Source of the DNA: Squalus acanthias
Lineage: Eukaryota
Reading direction: 5' to 3'
DNA length: 64,000 bases
NCBI GenBank assembly: GCA_030390025.1
Contig: CM059438.1
Location: 56,980,001 to 57,044,000 of the forward strand
Positions 48,479 to 61,177 of this stretch are shown piece by piece. The notes under the pieces were generated by a model. That model searched no databases. It saw only the letters and a list, made by a program, of their open reading frames with translations, and had not been told where the DNA came from. Every line of letters starts with the position of its first letter. The first letter of the stretch is position 1. Both the position numbers and the translations under genes were made by a program.

Positions 48479-49175
48479 TTTAATGTCAGTGGCTGTTGTT
48501 TTGATATCTTCACATTCTTCCCTTGGAGAACAGTGTGAAGTAGTGGAGGGATTCACAGGCTGATTAAAAGTCTGACAACCCAAAACATGAACTCTCCTTC
48601 CGTGGTCGTAACCATATTTATAATATCCGATAGGGTGGTTAGTCCTATACAGAGGGAGGGCTTTAGTGGCTCCCATAACCCATATGATGAGGTGGGCTGT
48701 GAGTATCCACTGGATGTCAGCCCAGAATTCAGAGCCGGAGTTCCACTGGGACTGTCTGGAGCAGGATTCGAACCCTGCACCTTCTGACTCCGAGGTGGGA
48801 TTGTTACCACTAAACAAAAGACTTGCTCCTATTTCAGTGGTAAATTTAGAGAAACAGTCCTACAACAGTTGTGTATATCTTAAATGTATTCACTCGGGGA
48901 AAGTAATGTTAGAAACAGCTTGTTTTTACTGGAACAAAGTACTTCTACCAAATACTTACTGTGTACAAGCTCAATGTAAAATCACTGCACTAAGAATGTT
49001 TAAAGGTTACTTCATTGACACTGGCTGTTTCAAGTCTTTTTGCAGCTAATGACTGTTTGTGTGAGGTTCTTTTGGGGAACCATTGACCATTTTATTTCTG
49101 TGGAAACTGGTTGAGTCTCCATCTCTTCTGGGTTTATTCATGTGTGGTCAATCTGATGTGACTGTTTCACTGCAG

Positions 49176-49251
49176 GGAGATCCGAAACCTGGAGCTGCTG
49201 AAGTTACGCTTTGGAGAGGCACAGATGCACTTCTGTGAGGTCATGTTAAAG
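49176..49251 (+). CDS. ANAPC2: ANAPC2 exon 9
   Basis: EIRNLELLKLRFGEAQMHFCEVMLK; TGCAG / GTCAGT; 76 nt. Confidence 0.97.
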
Positions 49252-50424
49252 GTCAGTGGGAAGGACTGGGAGTTAAAGCAGTTTATTGTTATCAGCTGCC
49301 GAAAATACAGGATGGAGTTCTCTTGTAAAAATTGATTATAATGTGAATTAAATTGTGTTGGAGTATTGTATATAGTTTTGGACACATTATAGGAAGGATA
49401 GAACAGCAATGTGTGAATGCAGTGTATGTTTGCTAACATGTTACAAGGATGAGGAGTAACTTTCATGAAGAGGAGACTTGAGAATTTACTGCTGTTTTCA
49501 GTAGAGCTGAGAAAGTTAAGAAGTGACGTCATAAAGGTCTTCAAGATTTTGAAATGAGCAGGTGACGCGCTTTTCTTTCTCATGCTGAATGACCTACTGT
49601 GAATTTTCTGTTATTATGTCACGTTAGTTTAAGCCACTGTTAAAATGCAGCTTGTTTCTTTATTATATACCTCACCAAACAACTTCCAGCTGTATATTAG
49701 GCTCTTTCAAGCTGCAAACTTGTTGAGCTAACCTACTCTCCGCAACCATACATTGAGTGTAATTCGCTGAACGTGGGGCTCCGTGAAGATTTGCACCAAT
49801 TTTAGAACAAGTTTATTCAGTTTAAAAGGATAGCCCAAGGGGCTCCCTCCTGCAATGATGCTGTTTATGACTCACTCTTCTGATGAAGTGTCATAAACTC
49901 AGCTTAACAGCCTTGCAATTGTGTAGTACAGGAGCGATGAGAAAGTGTACTGTCTACATGGGAGTGACAACCTTCACTTATTCTTCTGAGGTTCAAAAAT
50001 TAAACGCAGGTGTTCATTCAGAAGTTAACTTTTTGTATTTCCCTTTCCCTCTTACAGGTTTCCTTGCACCATGCATCATTCCCTGGCTGAGAGAGTGGGT
50101 ATGCACTTGCTCCAAGTCTCGGCGTGGCTCTGTAGCCAACTGGTGGAGCTTGCGTGAGAATACTTGCAGGTTGACTTGACTCTCCTTCCCGACAGAGAAG
50201 TGCTTTCACTTGGCACTTCCCTGATGGCATGATTGAGCCTGGAGACTCGCTACATATAGAATTACAGGTTTGAACCTGCATCTTGGCACCGCAGTATCCT
50301 GGTGCTGTAACGTGCCGTGCTGTACCAGAATGCCATCTTTTCATCTCACATCAGGTGTGGCACACTAAACTTAACCTGTGTGTGGCCTTTACTCACGGTG
50401 CTTATTATGGTCAAGTTATTTCTT

Positions 50425-50885
50425 TATTCATTCTTGGGATGTGGGCGTTGCTGGCAAGACCGTCATTTATTGCCCAACCCTAGTTGCCCTGAGAAGGTGG
50501 TCGTGGGCCTTCTTGAACCGCTGCAGTCCATGCGGTGTAGGTGCTCCCACAATGCATTAGGGAGGGCGTTCATAGCAGTTTGAGTGTCTTGCTGGGTCAT
50601 TTCAGAGAGGCAGTTAAGAGTCAACCACATTGGTGTGGGACTGGAGTCACATATAGACCCAGACCAGGTAAGGGTGGCAGGTTTCCTTCCCTAAAGGACA
50701 CTAGTGAACTCGTTGGGTTTTTATGACAATCCAACAGCTTCATGGTCACTTTTACTGATACCAGCTTTATATTTCCAGATTTTTGTAAACTGAATTCAAA
50801 TCTTCAAACTGTCATGGTGGGATTTGAACTTGCGTTCTCTGGATAATTAGTCCAGTATCCAGTAACATAACCACTACACTACTGC
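50425..50885 (-). mobile_element. tRNA-derived SINE sharing its 3' tail with the LINE end at 29720-30001
   Basis: Minus-strand head GTAGTGTAGTGGTTA..GTTCAAATCCC (A/B-box-like); tail GCCCACATCCCAAGAATGAATAAA. Confidence 0.65.
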
Positions 50886-50934
50886 TAATCCCCCTAGTAA
50901 TGTACCCTATTGACCCTCGGGTTTTGTGCTGCAG

Positions 50935-51120
50935 GATGTGGCAGATTCTCGACGGATAAACAGCCATATTCACGAGGAGGACCAAGAGGCTCCCTTACAC
51001 CTGAATGCAATGATCCTGTCTGGTGAGTTCTGGCCACCACTGAAAGAGGAGAAACTGGAGCTCCCTCCTGAAGTGAAGGAAGCAATGGATGCTTATACCA
51101 AGAAGTATGAGAAGTTAAAA
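50935..51120 (+). CDS. ANAPC2: ANAPC2 exon 10 (cullin homology region)
   Basis: DVADSRRINSHI..ILSGEFWPPLKEEKLELP..YEKLK; GCAG / GTAAGT; 186 nt. Confidence 0.97.
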
Positions 51121-52329
51121 GTAAGTATTGAGTATTTATGAAATGCCTTTCTTCAGTGACTGCAGAGTCCCAATGCAGGTTCAGCTTGGAGTACATGGGA
51201 CGTGCAAACAGCTCTTTTTCACGGTTAAGAAATACTAGACATGCAACAGAAAGGGCTACCTACAGCTCATCTGACCTACAAGGAATGTAACCACTCACCC
51301 TGGAGGTAGAATCAGTCTTACAGTGAGCAAGTCTTTTTACCAGCAGGAGGACCTAGATTTAAACAGTTGGTGGTGAGTAAGCCCTGTACGCGGCTACTGT
51401 GAGGGCACCGTCACTAGTGACGCACAAGAAAGTCTGGAGCGATTTCCTAGCAATTGTTCCCTGTGGAGAAGCACTTCACTGCCTTATGGTGCCTGCCTGA
51501 TTCACGTGACTAAGACTGGAAGTGATTGTGGGAAATTGCACGTGTAAACTTGCGTTCACTACCACACTCACACGGGGCAGCGGCTTTCTCAAGCTTAATT
51601 TGTACCATACTAGTGCACGATCTCCTCTCTGACTGTACTTCACCTGGTTCTCTCACAAGCTAGATCATTTCACGCTCTGTTGCAATGCCTTCCCTCAGTC
51701 GAGGCACGGTCTCTTTTGTTTGAATTGGTCATTCTCTACAGAGGGCTTTTTTAGGCATGGCAGACATCTACAAGGTTATGGTGTTTGAAAGAAGGCTTTT
51801 GATAGAGGCTCAGCATTTGTTCTTATTCCCAAAGCCTGTCCTGTTTGCGCATTGCAGGCTTCACAATGAAAGGTTCTGAAGTTGGAGATTACATTCTTTT
51901 GGAAATCAACAGGGAAAACAAATTAAGCTGCAAGCGTTTTGATCCTGATTGGGTTTTTAATACTTTACTGTGAACATTACCTCTGCCAGACGCTTCAATA
52001 AAAAATGGCCAATGTAATAAAACCAGGATTTCATGGAACCCTGGAAGATATGTAAAATAAAGTTTTGATTCTCTGACTAGCGTTTAGAAAACTTTCCATA
52101 ATTGGTTTCTTTGAGGGCTGTTTTAAAGCCAGTTCCCCTGGTGTTGATGTGTTCAGGATCCTAGCTGGACGTAGTGCGTTTTTTTTCCCCCAGTGATAGA
52201 GTGATGCTACTACTCTGCAGCCCTGAGCTAGATTTGTTGGTGCTAACTGAGATGAATTCAAAGTCTAATGCCATCAGGGTTTCTCTCTTGTGGTCCCTTA
52301 ATTTCAGTGCATGGTTTCATCTCTTTCAG

Positions 52330-52459
52330 GCCATGAGATCGTTGAACTGGAAACCTCACCTGGGAAATGCTGACCTGGAGATCGAGCTGGCAGATCGAAC
52401 ATTGTCTGTGTCTGTCTCCCCCGTCCATGCTGCTATTATTATGCACTTCCAGCAGAAGA
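52330..52459 (+). CDS. ANAPC2: ANAPC2 exon 11
   Basis: AMRSLNWKPHLGNADLEIELADRTLSVSVSPVHAAIIMHFQQK; TTTCAG / GTGAGT; 130 nt. Confidence 0.97.
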
Positions 52460-53417
52460 GTGAGTATCTCTGTGCGATTTCACCTCCGAGGTTTGAACCT
52501 ACATCATCCCAACTGAACGTAAAAATAATGTTCCTCATTCAGCAATCCTCGATGGACAGCTATTGATATTGCTGTATCGAGGGAACACCTGAGGCACAAT
52601 ACCTGCTAAAACATTCATACTCGGTGTGGTATGTGGCCTTCCCCATTCTACTACATAGAAAACCTTGTTCTGGCTCCACCCTTGTTTTTTTCTCCCTCTG
52701 GTCATTGCTGGTTATTTATATCAGAAGTCAATGTTGACAAAGATTATTGAAGCACATCAGAGTCCCTGGGAAGGTGCAGTTGAAAAAGGGACCTACTTTA
52801 TTTTTTCTGCCAATTTTCTCCCATCCCCGCCTCTCCTGAAGATTTGTACCCCTTGCTGGGGTATGATTTCACTGGCATTGCTCACTCTCCAGGACCTGAA
52901 TAAAAGTGGCAATGTTTGATGGTCTGAGGCAGGACAGTAAGTGTCAGTGGGCTATGCAACTGCATGAGCATCACAGCTGACTCCAGTCCTGTCCTCCCTT
53001 TGTGGGATCAGTGTATAACAGTCAGGATTGGGAACCCTGGTTGACTTTTAAAAGACATTTCTCTCCCATTCCCCCTCCCTAACCCAGGGGGGAGCTGAGG
53101 CCAGTTGCACCGTCCCGACTGGTTCGTCACAAGCCACTGTTCGAAGCTGGGAACTTTGCCATCTGTATGGTTCAGCCACTCATTACCTTAACTAGCTGGG
53201 GCATTGAAGAGCTTACAGGACCCAGTGATTTTTTCCTCTCAAAATTCTTGCATTCCTTTGAGTAGTTTCAAGAATTTTTCTGATTTTGAATTAGGGCGTA
53301 GTGAAGACCTTAAATTAAACTCGTACAAGGAGATTTGGTGTCTGAAATGATTCATGTACTGGATGTGCTAGTGTGGAACCTGAGCTGAGTTCTTGTTTAA
53401 TGTGTGTGCATCTGTAG

Positions 53418-53653
53418 GTACGTGGACTCTGGATGAGCTCAGTGATGTACTTAAAGTTCCTGTCATTGCCCTGAGAAGGAAAATTGCTCTTTGGCAGCAA
53501 CAGGGGGTCCTAAAAGAGGATCCCACAGACACATTTACAGTGATTGAGGAGCAACAGAAGGATCAACAGGAGAAAATGGTTTTGATTGATAGTGACGAGG
53601 AGGGAGACTCTGCCATGGCTTCCCAGGCTGATCAGAAAGAGGAGGAATTACAG
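53418..53653 (+). CDS. ANAPC2: ANAPC2 exon 12
   Basis: TWTLDELSDVLKVPVIALRRKIALWQQQGVL..LIDSDEEGDSAMASQADQKEEELQ; TGTAG / GTAGAG; 236 nt. Confidence 0.97.
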
Positions 53654-53924
53654 GTAGAGCTGTTTTAGTAGCTTACGTTATAATACATTGCCTACAAAAT
53701 AACTTGATATTGTTAGATCTTTTGCTAAAATAATCAAGGTAAATACTACATCCCCTTTACTAGACATGATGTTCAGATGATCACAAAATCCTCGTATAAA
53801 AAGGCTGTCGAGCCCATCCTGATATCACCAGTGTAGATGGCTATCCATTGACCTTGTGCCTGTGTGGGCATGGTGTGAGAACAGGACTTTAAACATTTCT
53901 GATGCCCCTTATATCTGAAAGATA

Positions 53925-55565
53925 AAGAAAGACTTGCAATTATAAAGCGCTTTTCACGACCTCAGGACATCCCAAAACGCTTCACAGCCTGTGAAGTACT
54001 TTTGAAGTGTAGTCACTTATAATGTGGGAAACGCGGCAGCCAATTTGCGCACAAGTAGATCCCACAAACAGCAGCAGCAGAAGAAGAAGGACTTGCATTT
54101 CTATAGCGCCTTTCACGACCACCGGACGTCTCATAGAAACATAGAAGATAGGAGCAGGAATAGGCCATTCAGCCCCTCGAGCCTGCTCCGCCATTCGATG
54201 AGATCATGGCTGATCATCCAAACTCAGTACCCTGTCCCTGCCTTCTCCCCATATCCCTTGATACCTTTAGCCTTAAGAAATATATCTAACTCCTTCTTGA
54301 ATATATTTACTGACTTGGCCTCAACTGCCTTCTGTGGTAGAGAATTCCACAAGTTCACCACTCTCTGGGTGAAGAAATTCCTCCTCATCTCAGTCCTAAA
54401 TGGCTTACCCCTTATCCTTAGACTGTGACCTCTTGTTCTGGACTCACCCGCCATCGGGAACATCCTTCCTGCATCCAGTCTGTCTAGCCCTGTTAGAATT
54501 TTATAAGTTTCAATGAGATCTCCTCTCATTCTTCTAAACTCCAGCGAGTATAAGCCCAATCAACCCAATCTCTCCTCGTATGTCATTCCTGCCATCCCAG
54601 GTATCAGTCTGGTGAATCTTCGCTGCACACCCTCCATGGCAAGAACATCCTTCCTCAGATAAGGTGACCAAAACTGCACACAGTACTCAAGGTGTGGTCT
54701 CACCAAGGCCCTGTACAGCTGCAGCAAGACATCCTTGCTCCTGTACTCAAACCCTCTCGCTACGAAGGCCAACATACCATTTGCCTTCTTAACCGCCTGC
54801 TGTACCTGCATGCTTACCTTCAGCGACTGGTGCACAAGGACACCCAGGTCTCGTTGCACTTCCCCTTCTCCCAATCTATTGCCGTTCAGATAATCTGCCT
54901 TTCTGTTTTTGCCACCAAAGTGGATAACCTCGCATTTATCCACATTATACTGCATCTGCCATGCTTCTGCCCAATCACCCAACCTGTCCAAATCATACTG
55001 GAGTTTCTCGGCATCCTCCTCGCAGCACACACGCCCACCCAGCTTTGTGTCATCTGCAAACTTGGAGATATTACATCTAGTTCCCTCGTCTAGATCATTA
55101 ATATATATTGTGAATAACTGGGGTCCTAGCACCGATCCCTGCGGTACCCCACTAGTCACTGCCCGCCACTCGTAAAAAGACCCGTTTATTCCAACTCTTT
55201 GCTTCCTGTTTGCCAACCAGTTCTCTATCCAAGTCAGTACCTTGCCCCCAATCCCATGTGCTTTAACTTTATACGCTAATCTCTTATGCGGGACCTTATC
55301 GAAAGTCTCAAAGCGCTTTACAACCAATGAAGTACTTTTGAAGTGGAGTCACTGTTGAAATGTGGGAAACGCGGCAGGCAATTTGCGCACAGCAAGCTCC
55401 CACAAACAGCAATGTGATAATGACCAGAATAATCTGTTTTAGTGATGTCGGTTGAGAAATAAATGTTGGCCAGGACACCGAGAGAACTCCCCTGCTCCTC
55501 TTCCAATGGTGCCACGGGATCTTTTACATCCACCTGGGAGGGCAGACGGAGCCTCGGTTAAAGTC
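53925..55565 (-). mobile_element. Two tandem Deu-type SINE copies; the second is split by a CR1
   Basis: SINE tail GACTTGCA..AGCGC at ~53931 and ~54090; the body resumes at 55305 with the Deu core to 55565. Confidence 0.78.
54134..55304 (-). mobile_element. CR1 (HER1-like) LINE, 5'-truncated, with 6-bp TSD
   Basis: ORFs 54560-55327 and 54224-54559; GTCTCA at 54128-54133 and 55305-55310. Confidence 0.95.
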
Positions 55566-55747
55566 AAAAGCAAAATACTGCGGATGCTGGAAATCTGAAA
55601 TAAAAACAGAAAATGCTGGAAATACTCAACAGGTCAGGCAGCATCTGTCGATGGTCTGAAGGGTCATCGACCTGAAACGTTAACTCTCTTTCTCTCTCTA
55701 CAGATGCTGCCTGACCTGCTGAGTATTTCCAGCATTTTCTGTTTTTA
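55566..55747. mobile_element. Palindromic Penelope-derived element (family B)
   Basis: Inverted arms TAAAAACAGAAAATGCTGGAAATACTCAACAGGTCAGGCAGCATCTGT and ACAGATGCTGCCTGACCTGCTGAGTATTTCCAGCATTTTCTGTTTTTA; right arm matches the Penelope end at 44857-44943; flanked by CCTC(G/A)GTTAAA(G/A)TC. Confidence 0.8.
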
Positions 55748-55950
55748 CCTCAGTTAAAATCTGCTGGCCCTCCCTGTCTAGGCTCGCACATGAAGAGAAA
55801 GGCCATGGGAGCAAAGTACTGGATGGTATTCAAAGCTGTGGAACTGGATTCCAGCATGAGTCCTCAGCTTGAGGAGTGAGCGGTGGGGGGATGAGCGCAA
55901 ATCCTGTTTTGGTGCATTTCAAATAAAGACGCCTAATTTGTGTTTCACAG

Positions 55951-56163
55951 CTTTTCTGGACCTACATCCAGGGTATGCTGACCAATCTAGAGAGCTTACC
56001 ACTGGAGCGTATTCACACCATGCTCAAAATGTTTGTGATGACGGGGCCGGTAATGGCTGAAATTGACATGCAGGAGCTTCAGGCATTCTTACAGAAGAAA
56101 GTGAAGGACCACCAGCTAGTCTACTCTGGCGGCGTGTACCGGCTTCCCAAATCCAACTGCTGA
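55951..56163 (+). CDS. ANAPC2: ANAPC2 exon 13 (C-terminal WHB domain, stop codon)
   Basis: LFWTYIQGMLTNLESLPLERIHTMLKMF..YSGGVYRLPKSNC*; TCACAG acceptor; 213 nt. Confidence 0.97.
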   Translation, partial: LFWTYIQGMLTNLESLPLERIHTMLKMFVMTGPVMAEIDMQELQAFLQKKVKDHQLVYSGGVYRLPKSNC

Positions 56164-56340
56164 ATGTAGGACCTGTGCCCAGAAAGGTAAATTACTGTCT
56201 CTTTTTTCTGTAGGTTGGAATATCTGAGTTTCCATCCGCTTTAAAAGTGATGGGCAGCAGTATTGATCCTGGGGCTGCCTTGAGGTCCAGAAATATGTCT
56301 GTGTCACCTGGGACTGTGGTTTTGGGAAGCTCTCAGCTCG

Positions 56341-56514
56341 TGACCTGCTGAGTATTTCCAGCATTTTCTGTTTTTACCTCAGTTAAAGTCTGGGCTCGCA
56401 CATGAAGAGAGAGGCCATGGGAGCAAAGTACTGGATGAGATGCAAAGCTGTGGAACCGGATTCCAGCATGAGTCCTCAGCTTGAGGAGTGGTGGGGGGGG
56501 GATGAGCGCAAATC
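56341..56514 (+). repeat. Direct duplicate of intron-12 segment 55712-55903 in the presumed ANAPC2 3' UTR
   Basis: Co-linear match from TGACCTGCTGAGTATTTCC to GATGAGCGCAAATC with a few substitutions and one short deletion. Confidence 0.92.
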
Positions 56515-56963
56515 AGTATGACTGGAATAGACGCTAAAACTACTCCATGTCACTAACATCAGCCCTAAACTCAAAATGTAAACACTGAAGATTTTGAAAT
56601 AATTCCAGACATTTTAATTGTGCTCCCCAGTTTCTGTTCTGCCCCAATGTGTTCACTTTATTTTCTCAATTTTTATTATTTTTCTACCTAATATCTTTTG
56701 CTTCCTTCGTCCTCTTCCCGTGGTTTAAAGCAGATTTTCAGTCATTCATTCGAAGGACCAATAGCTAATAATTGATACGTTTGTGTGATCAATATGACCA
56801 GGACACACTGAGGTAGATTACTGCTCAGAGGATGAAGGCAAAATTCCACAATACTATTTTTACTCATTAAATATGAAAGGGCCTCCAGCAAGTGAGTGGT
56901 ACCTGGCGCACAGCAAGGTCTGGATGAATGTTTTTTGCAGTGCTGGAAGGGTTCATTTTTGGA

Positions 56964-56969
56964 AATAAA
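56964..56969 (+). terminator. Candidate ANAPC2 polyadenylation signal AATAAA (ATTAAA alternative at 57005-57010)
   Basis: Canonical hexamer ~800 nt after the stop, followed by T/GT-rich sequence. Confidence 0.55.
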
Positions 56970-58584
56970 TGTGTTTGTAAATATTCCTGCTGTTTAATTA
57001 TAAAATTAAATGCTGGAATTGTTACAATTTGTGGTTTCCATAAAACTGTCTTCGCTCACAAATTGAGAGGTTTTCGTTCAAGCAACCTGGCCTTATGATC
57101 TGGAAGCTGTAATGAAGTGCTTATCCAGAGCATAACAGTTATCCCACTTGCAGTGAGAGCTTGCTAGATTTAAGATAGTCTCACCAAACTCTTATCGAAA
57201 AATCAGATATTATAAATCAGAAAGTTACAGACAAGCTACAGAAAATTACAGACAGTTACATAATGAGAGACCCCGTCTTATACGACTGTAGTGTTCTGTC
57301 GGGAAGGTCTCCTGTTATAATGAGCCTCCGATGAGAGACCATTTGCTGAATGTGACCAGCACCCAGGCTGTACGTGGCCTGTAATTAATGACCACACTAG
57401 TTGTAATCACCCCTGTCTTGAATGTTGGTGTGGTCTCTGCTTCAATCACTAGCTGTGCTAGAGCGTTCCACAGCCTCGCAACACTGTAAAAAAGCAAAGT
57501 TTCTCTTGCTCTCTGTCCCAAATCTCTTGTATTCAATCTTCCATCTATGTCCCATCATTTTGAATCATTGAAAATGGTCTGTTTCTATCTACTCTGTGCC
57601 ATCCCATCATAATTTGAAACAGCTCTATCTAATCACCTCGTAATCCCAGCTGTTCTAATGAAACCAGCTGAGCTTGTGGTCGAATAGGATGCTGAGGTTG
57701 CAAGCAGTCTGGTTCAGCCTGAGATAGTGACTGGAGGGGGATAGGGTGGTGAGGGAATGAAGTTTGTAGTGGGGGCCAAGAACAATAGCTTGGGCCTTCT
57801 CAGTATTTAGTTGGAGAAAATTATGGCTCATCCAAGACTGGATGTCGGGCAAGCAGTCTGACAGCACAGAAGTAGCCGAGAGGTTGAGAGAGATGGTGGA
57901 GAGGTAGTTGTTGTTTTGTGTCCAGTCCTTTCATCAGCTACAGTAAGTTTAGAATTCACCTTCCTTTCCCCAACTTGAGCTGTTTTTAAAAAAAAAAATT
58001 TTTTCACCAAACATAAATATGTGTCAGTCAGTTAGTCACGTGTTGCAGAAACTAAATAGACCTGCTGAAGAATGTATAATTTCGCTGTAGAAATTAGCCT
58101 TGAGGTGTGACAGAATTCTAAGTGTGTTTTTCATTTAGAAGCTGTATTGAGGTGTGTGCCAGAAGGATCAACAATTAATCTGCTCGTGATTTAAGATAAA
58201 CTTTCTTCAAAACAAGTGCTTATCACACAGACCAGAAGATTACAGACTAAAACAACTATATTTATAATTAAATAGTAATATGAAGCACAAAATCAGCAAA
58301 TGCCTAAAAGTACAATGTATATAAGCATATTGGCAACTAGAGATGGTCTTCGGATGGAGTCTAAAAGTTTCTGGCAAATGCTGACGTTCTGATTCTTTAC
58401 ACTAAGTTCAGTTGGTCTCACCCTCATGTAGGGCATCGTATCACTCGAGCAAAGTGTGAATTGGAGCCTTTAGCCTCATCTCAATAACCAGAACTTTACA
58501 GTCTTTTTCAATAGTTCGAAATCAGTACTTCTGGTAGATGTTTTGAAGTGAAATTTTCCAAACACATTTAACCAAACGCCATGT

Positions 58585-58825
58585 TGAAACGCCCTGTGGA
58601 ACTCATTGCCACAGAGGGCAGTGTACGCCAGCTCATTAAATATATTTAAGAGGGAATTAGATATATTTCTACAGGCAAAAGGGGTTAAGGGTTACGGAGA
58701 GAAGGCGGGGACGGGATACTGAATTGGAGGATCAGCCATGATCTCATTAAATGGCGGAGCAGGCTCGAAGGGCCGGATGGCCTACTCCTGCTCCTATCTT
58801 CTATGTAATCTATGTAATCTATGTT
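58585..58825 (+). mobile_element. CR1 (HER1-like) 3' end with CTATGTAAT tail repeats
   Basis: Reverse complement of the tails at 30165, 35915 and 54134. Confidence 0.85.
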
Positions 58826-60587
58826 AATCACAAAGGAGGATAGATGTCTGAATCTGAAGTCCGTGATCGATATGCTCACAAACCTGAATCTTTCTGCCTG
58901 TCTGTGTCACATCGATACAATGGAGCAAAAACATTATTTTTCATCAAAGTAACACGGCTGTTCATCAAATTAAGGAAACGGAACAATTTGATCTTCTGAT
59001 GAAATGAAATGGGGGTAAATTTTCATCTTCATCCTCTGGGCAGTAATCTGACACTGATTCCAGCCTGAATTTTCATTTGCCTCATAGTCTGAGCGGTAAA
59101 TAAATGAGGGAAGCAATTCAGACTTTGTTACAGTGATTGTGCCCCACTGTGGTATTTGAAAAGTTTTCTGCCACCTCTACCCAGCAGCAGTTGTAAGTAC
59201 TGTAGAAATAGTTGAACAGTTGCAAAATGTCACAAGCAAAATTCGCACTGTGCTGCAGAGGGTGCTGTTTTGGAGATGAGGTTCTTTGGGACGGTGTAGA
59301 GGGACCTTTACCCTCCATTCGCCTGTGGGTGACTGGCCTGAAAGTTCTGAATGTTGACATTGGATGTCCAAATGGAAAAATGAACCATTTTAACAAATGA
59401 CATCCTTGACCTCCCACCACCGCCCCTCCCCTCCCCCGGTCCCAAACATGAGTTTCTTGGAAGCAAAATCCAGTCTCTCTTCTCTGTTTTTAATAGGAAA
59501 AGAGGGCTGTTCTGATTCTGAGCTCTAATATTATTTTATTACTTCACAGGACTGGCAGAGGGGATCCTCTTTTGAACTTTTGACTTGCTGCCTTCTGTGA
59601 CCTATGATCCAAAGCCTTGTTTGGAAGGAATATTGATGCAGTCAGCTCTGCCTACTTGGCCGTAACTATAAGAACTTTGAAAGCTGCGGGATCTTGCTTG
59701 TTAACCTGGATTCTTCACAACCAAGACCTGTGGCAGAAATGTGCCCATAGATGTCTTTGCTGGTGAATGAGTTAACAACTTGTGGTGGACGTTAAACTAC
59801 TTGTAAATGCATCAGAGCCTTTTGAGCTATTTAATTCCACAGACAGGCAGGGAGGTAGTTTATCCAACAGTAACTCCCATCACCTGCATGTCTAGAAGGA
59901 ATCAGATTATCTTTTTATTCACCCCCATGATCAGTCAGTGAGTGGCACAGAGCTATTGGTGATCACAGATGTGCCAGTTAAAGTTGACTTTGCAAATTCT
60001 TTGAATGTTACATTTCTGTTAGCTTCGACAGAGCTACACTCCTGTTTAGAATTTCAAAAGATAGCAGTCTAGTTCTTGCTCTCAATTCAGCAGCCAAAGA
60101 TCCGATGGGTTGTGGGCATCTCCCCACTTTATGATCAGCCTGTAGGACCAATGTTTTCTCCACTTTTCCTGTTGCTCTGTGTCGGTGTTTCACGCCTTTA
60201 TGAACCTGGGCTGAAGTTTGACTGCACTCACCCGAGACCAGGCAATTGGGAGAGGCAGTCACCCCCGGGATCTTGACCTCCCCCCTTTAAGTTAGAGAGG
60301 GAAATAATCGAACTACCGGAGTTACCCAGGGCTGCAGTAAAGATCATCTTTAAAGAAAAGATAGCCTCCTGAACCCCGTGCTTAACTCCTCTGTAACAAT
60401 TCTGCACTTTAACAGCTTATAGTTTTGTAATAAGTGCAGGGTAATAGCTGGAAGTTACAGATTTTCAGCAAATGGGGCAGACTAAGGAAATTATGTTTCC
60501 TATTTGCTTAACAAATTGCTGTTTTAAAGTGCACATAACTTAAACTGTTTTATAAAGTGTTTTTAATAAATGTGGGGTGACACTGCA

Positions 60588-61177
60588 ACAATAACAACTT
60601 GTATTTATATAACGCCTTTAATATAGTAAAACGTCCCAAGACGCTTCGCAGGAGTGTTATAAAACAAAGTTTAACACCGAGCCAAATAAGGAGATATTAG
60701 GGCAGATGACCAAAAGCTTGGTCTAAGAGGTAGGTTTAATGGGGCGTCTTAAAGGAGGAAAGAGAGGCAGAGAGGTTTAGGGAGGGAATTCCAGAGCTTA
60801 GGTCCTCGGCAGCTGAAGGCACGGCCGCCAATGGTTGAGCGGTTAAAATTGAGGATGCTCAAGTGGCCAGAATTGGAGGAGTGTAGATAGCTCGGAGGGT
60901 TGTCGGGCTGGAGGTAATTACAGAGATAGGGAGGGGCGAGGCAGTGGAGGGTTTTGAAAACAAGGGTGAGACTTTTAAAACCGAGGCGCTGCTTAACCGG
61001 GAGCCAATGTAGGTCAGTGAGCACAGGGGTGATGGGTGAACGAGACTTGGTGCGAGTTAGGACACGGGCAGCAGAATTTTGGATGACCTCAAGTTTACGG
61101 AGGGTAGAACGTGGGAGGCCAGCCAGGAGAGCGTTGGAATAGTCAAGTCTAGAGGTAGGAAAGGCATGGATGAGGAG
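60588..61177 (-). mobile_element. L2-clade LINE 3' portion
   Basis: SRLDYSNALLAGLP..IQNSAARVLTRT..PITPVLTDLHWLPVKQR in ORF 60749-61273. Confidence 0.9.

Noticed and set aside
56183..56215. Intron in the ANAPC2 3' UTR (AG|GTAAAT..TTTTCTGTAG)
   Set aside because: Only ~28 nt between donor and acceptor, too short for a spliceosomal intron
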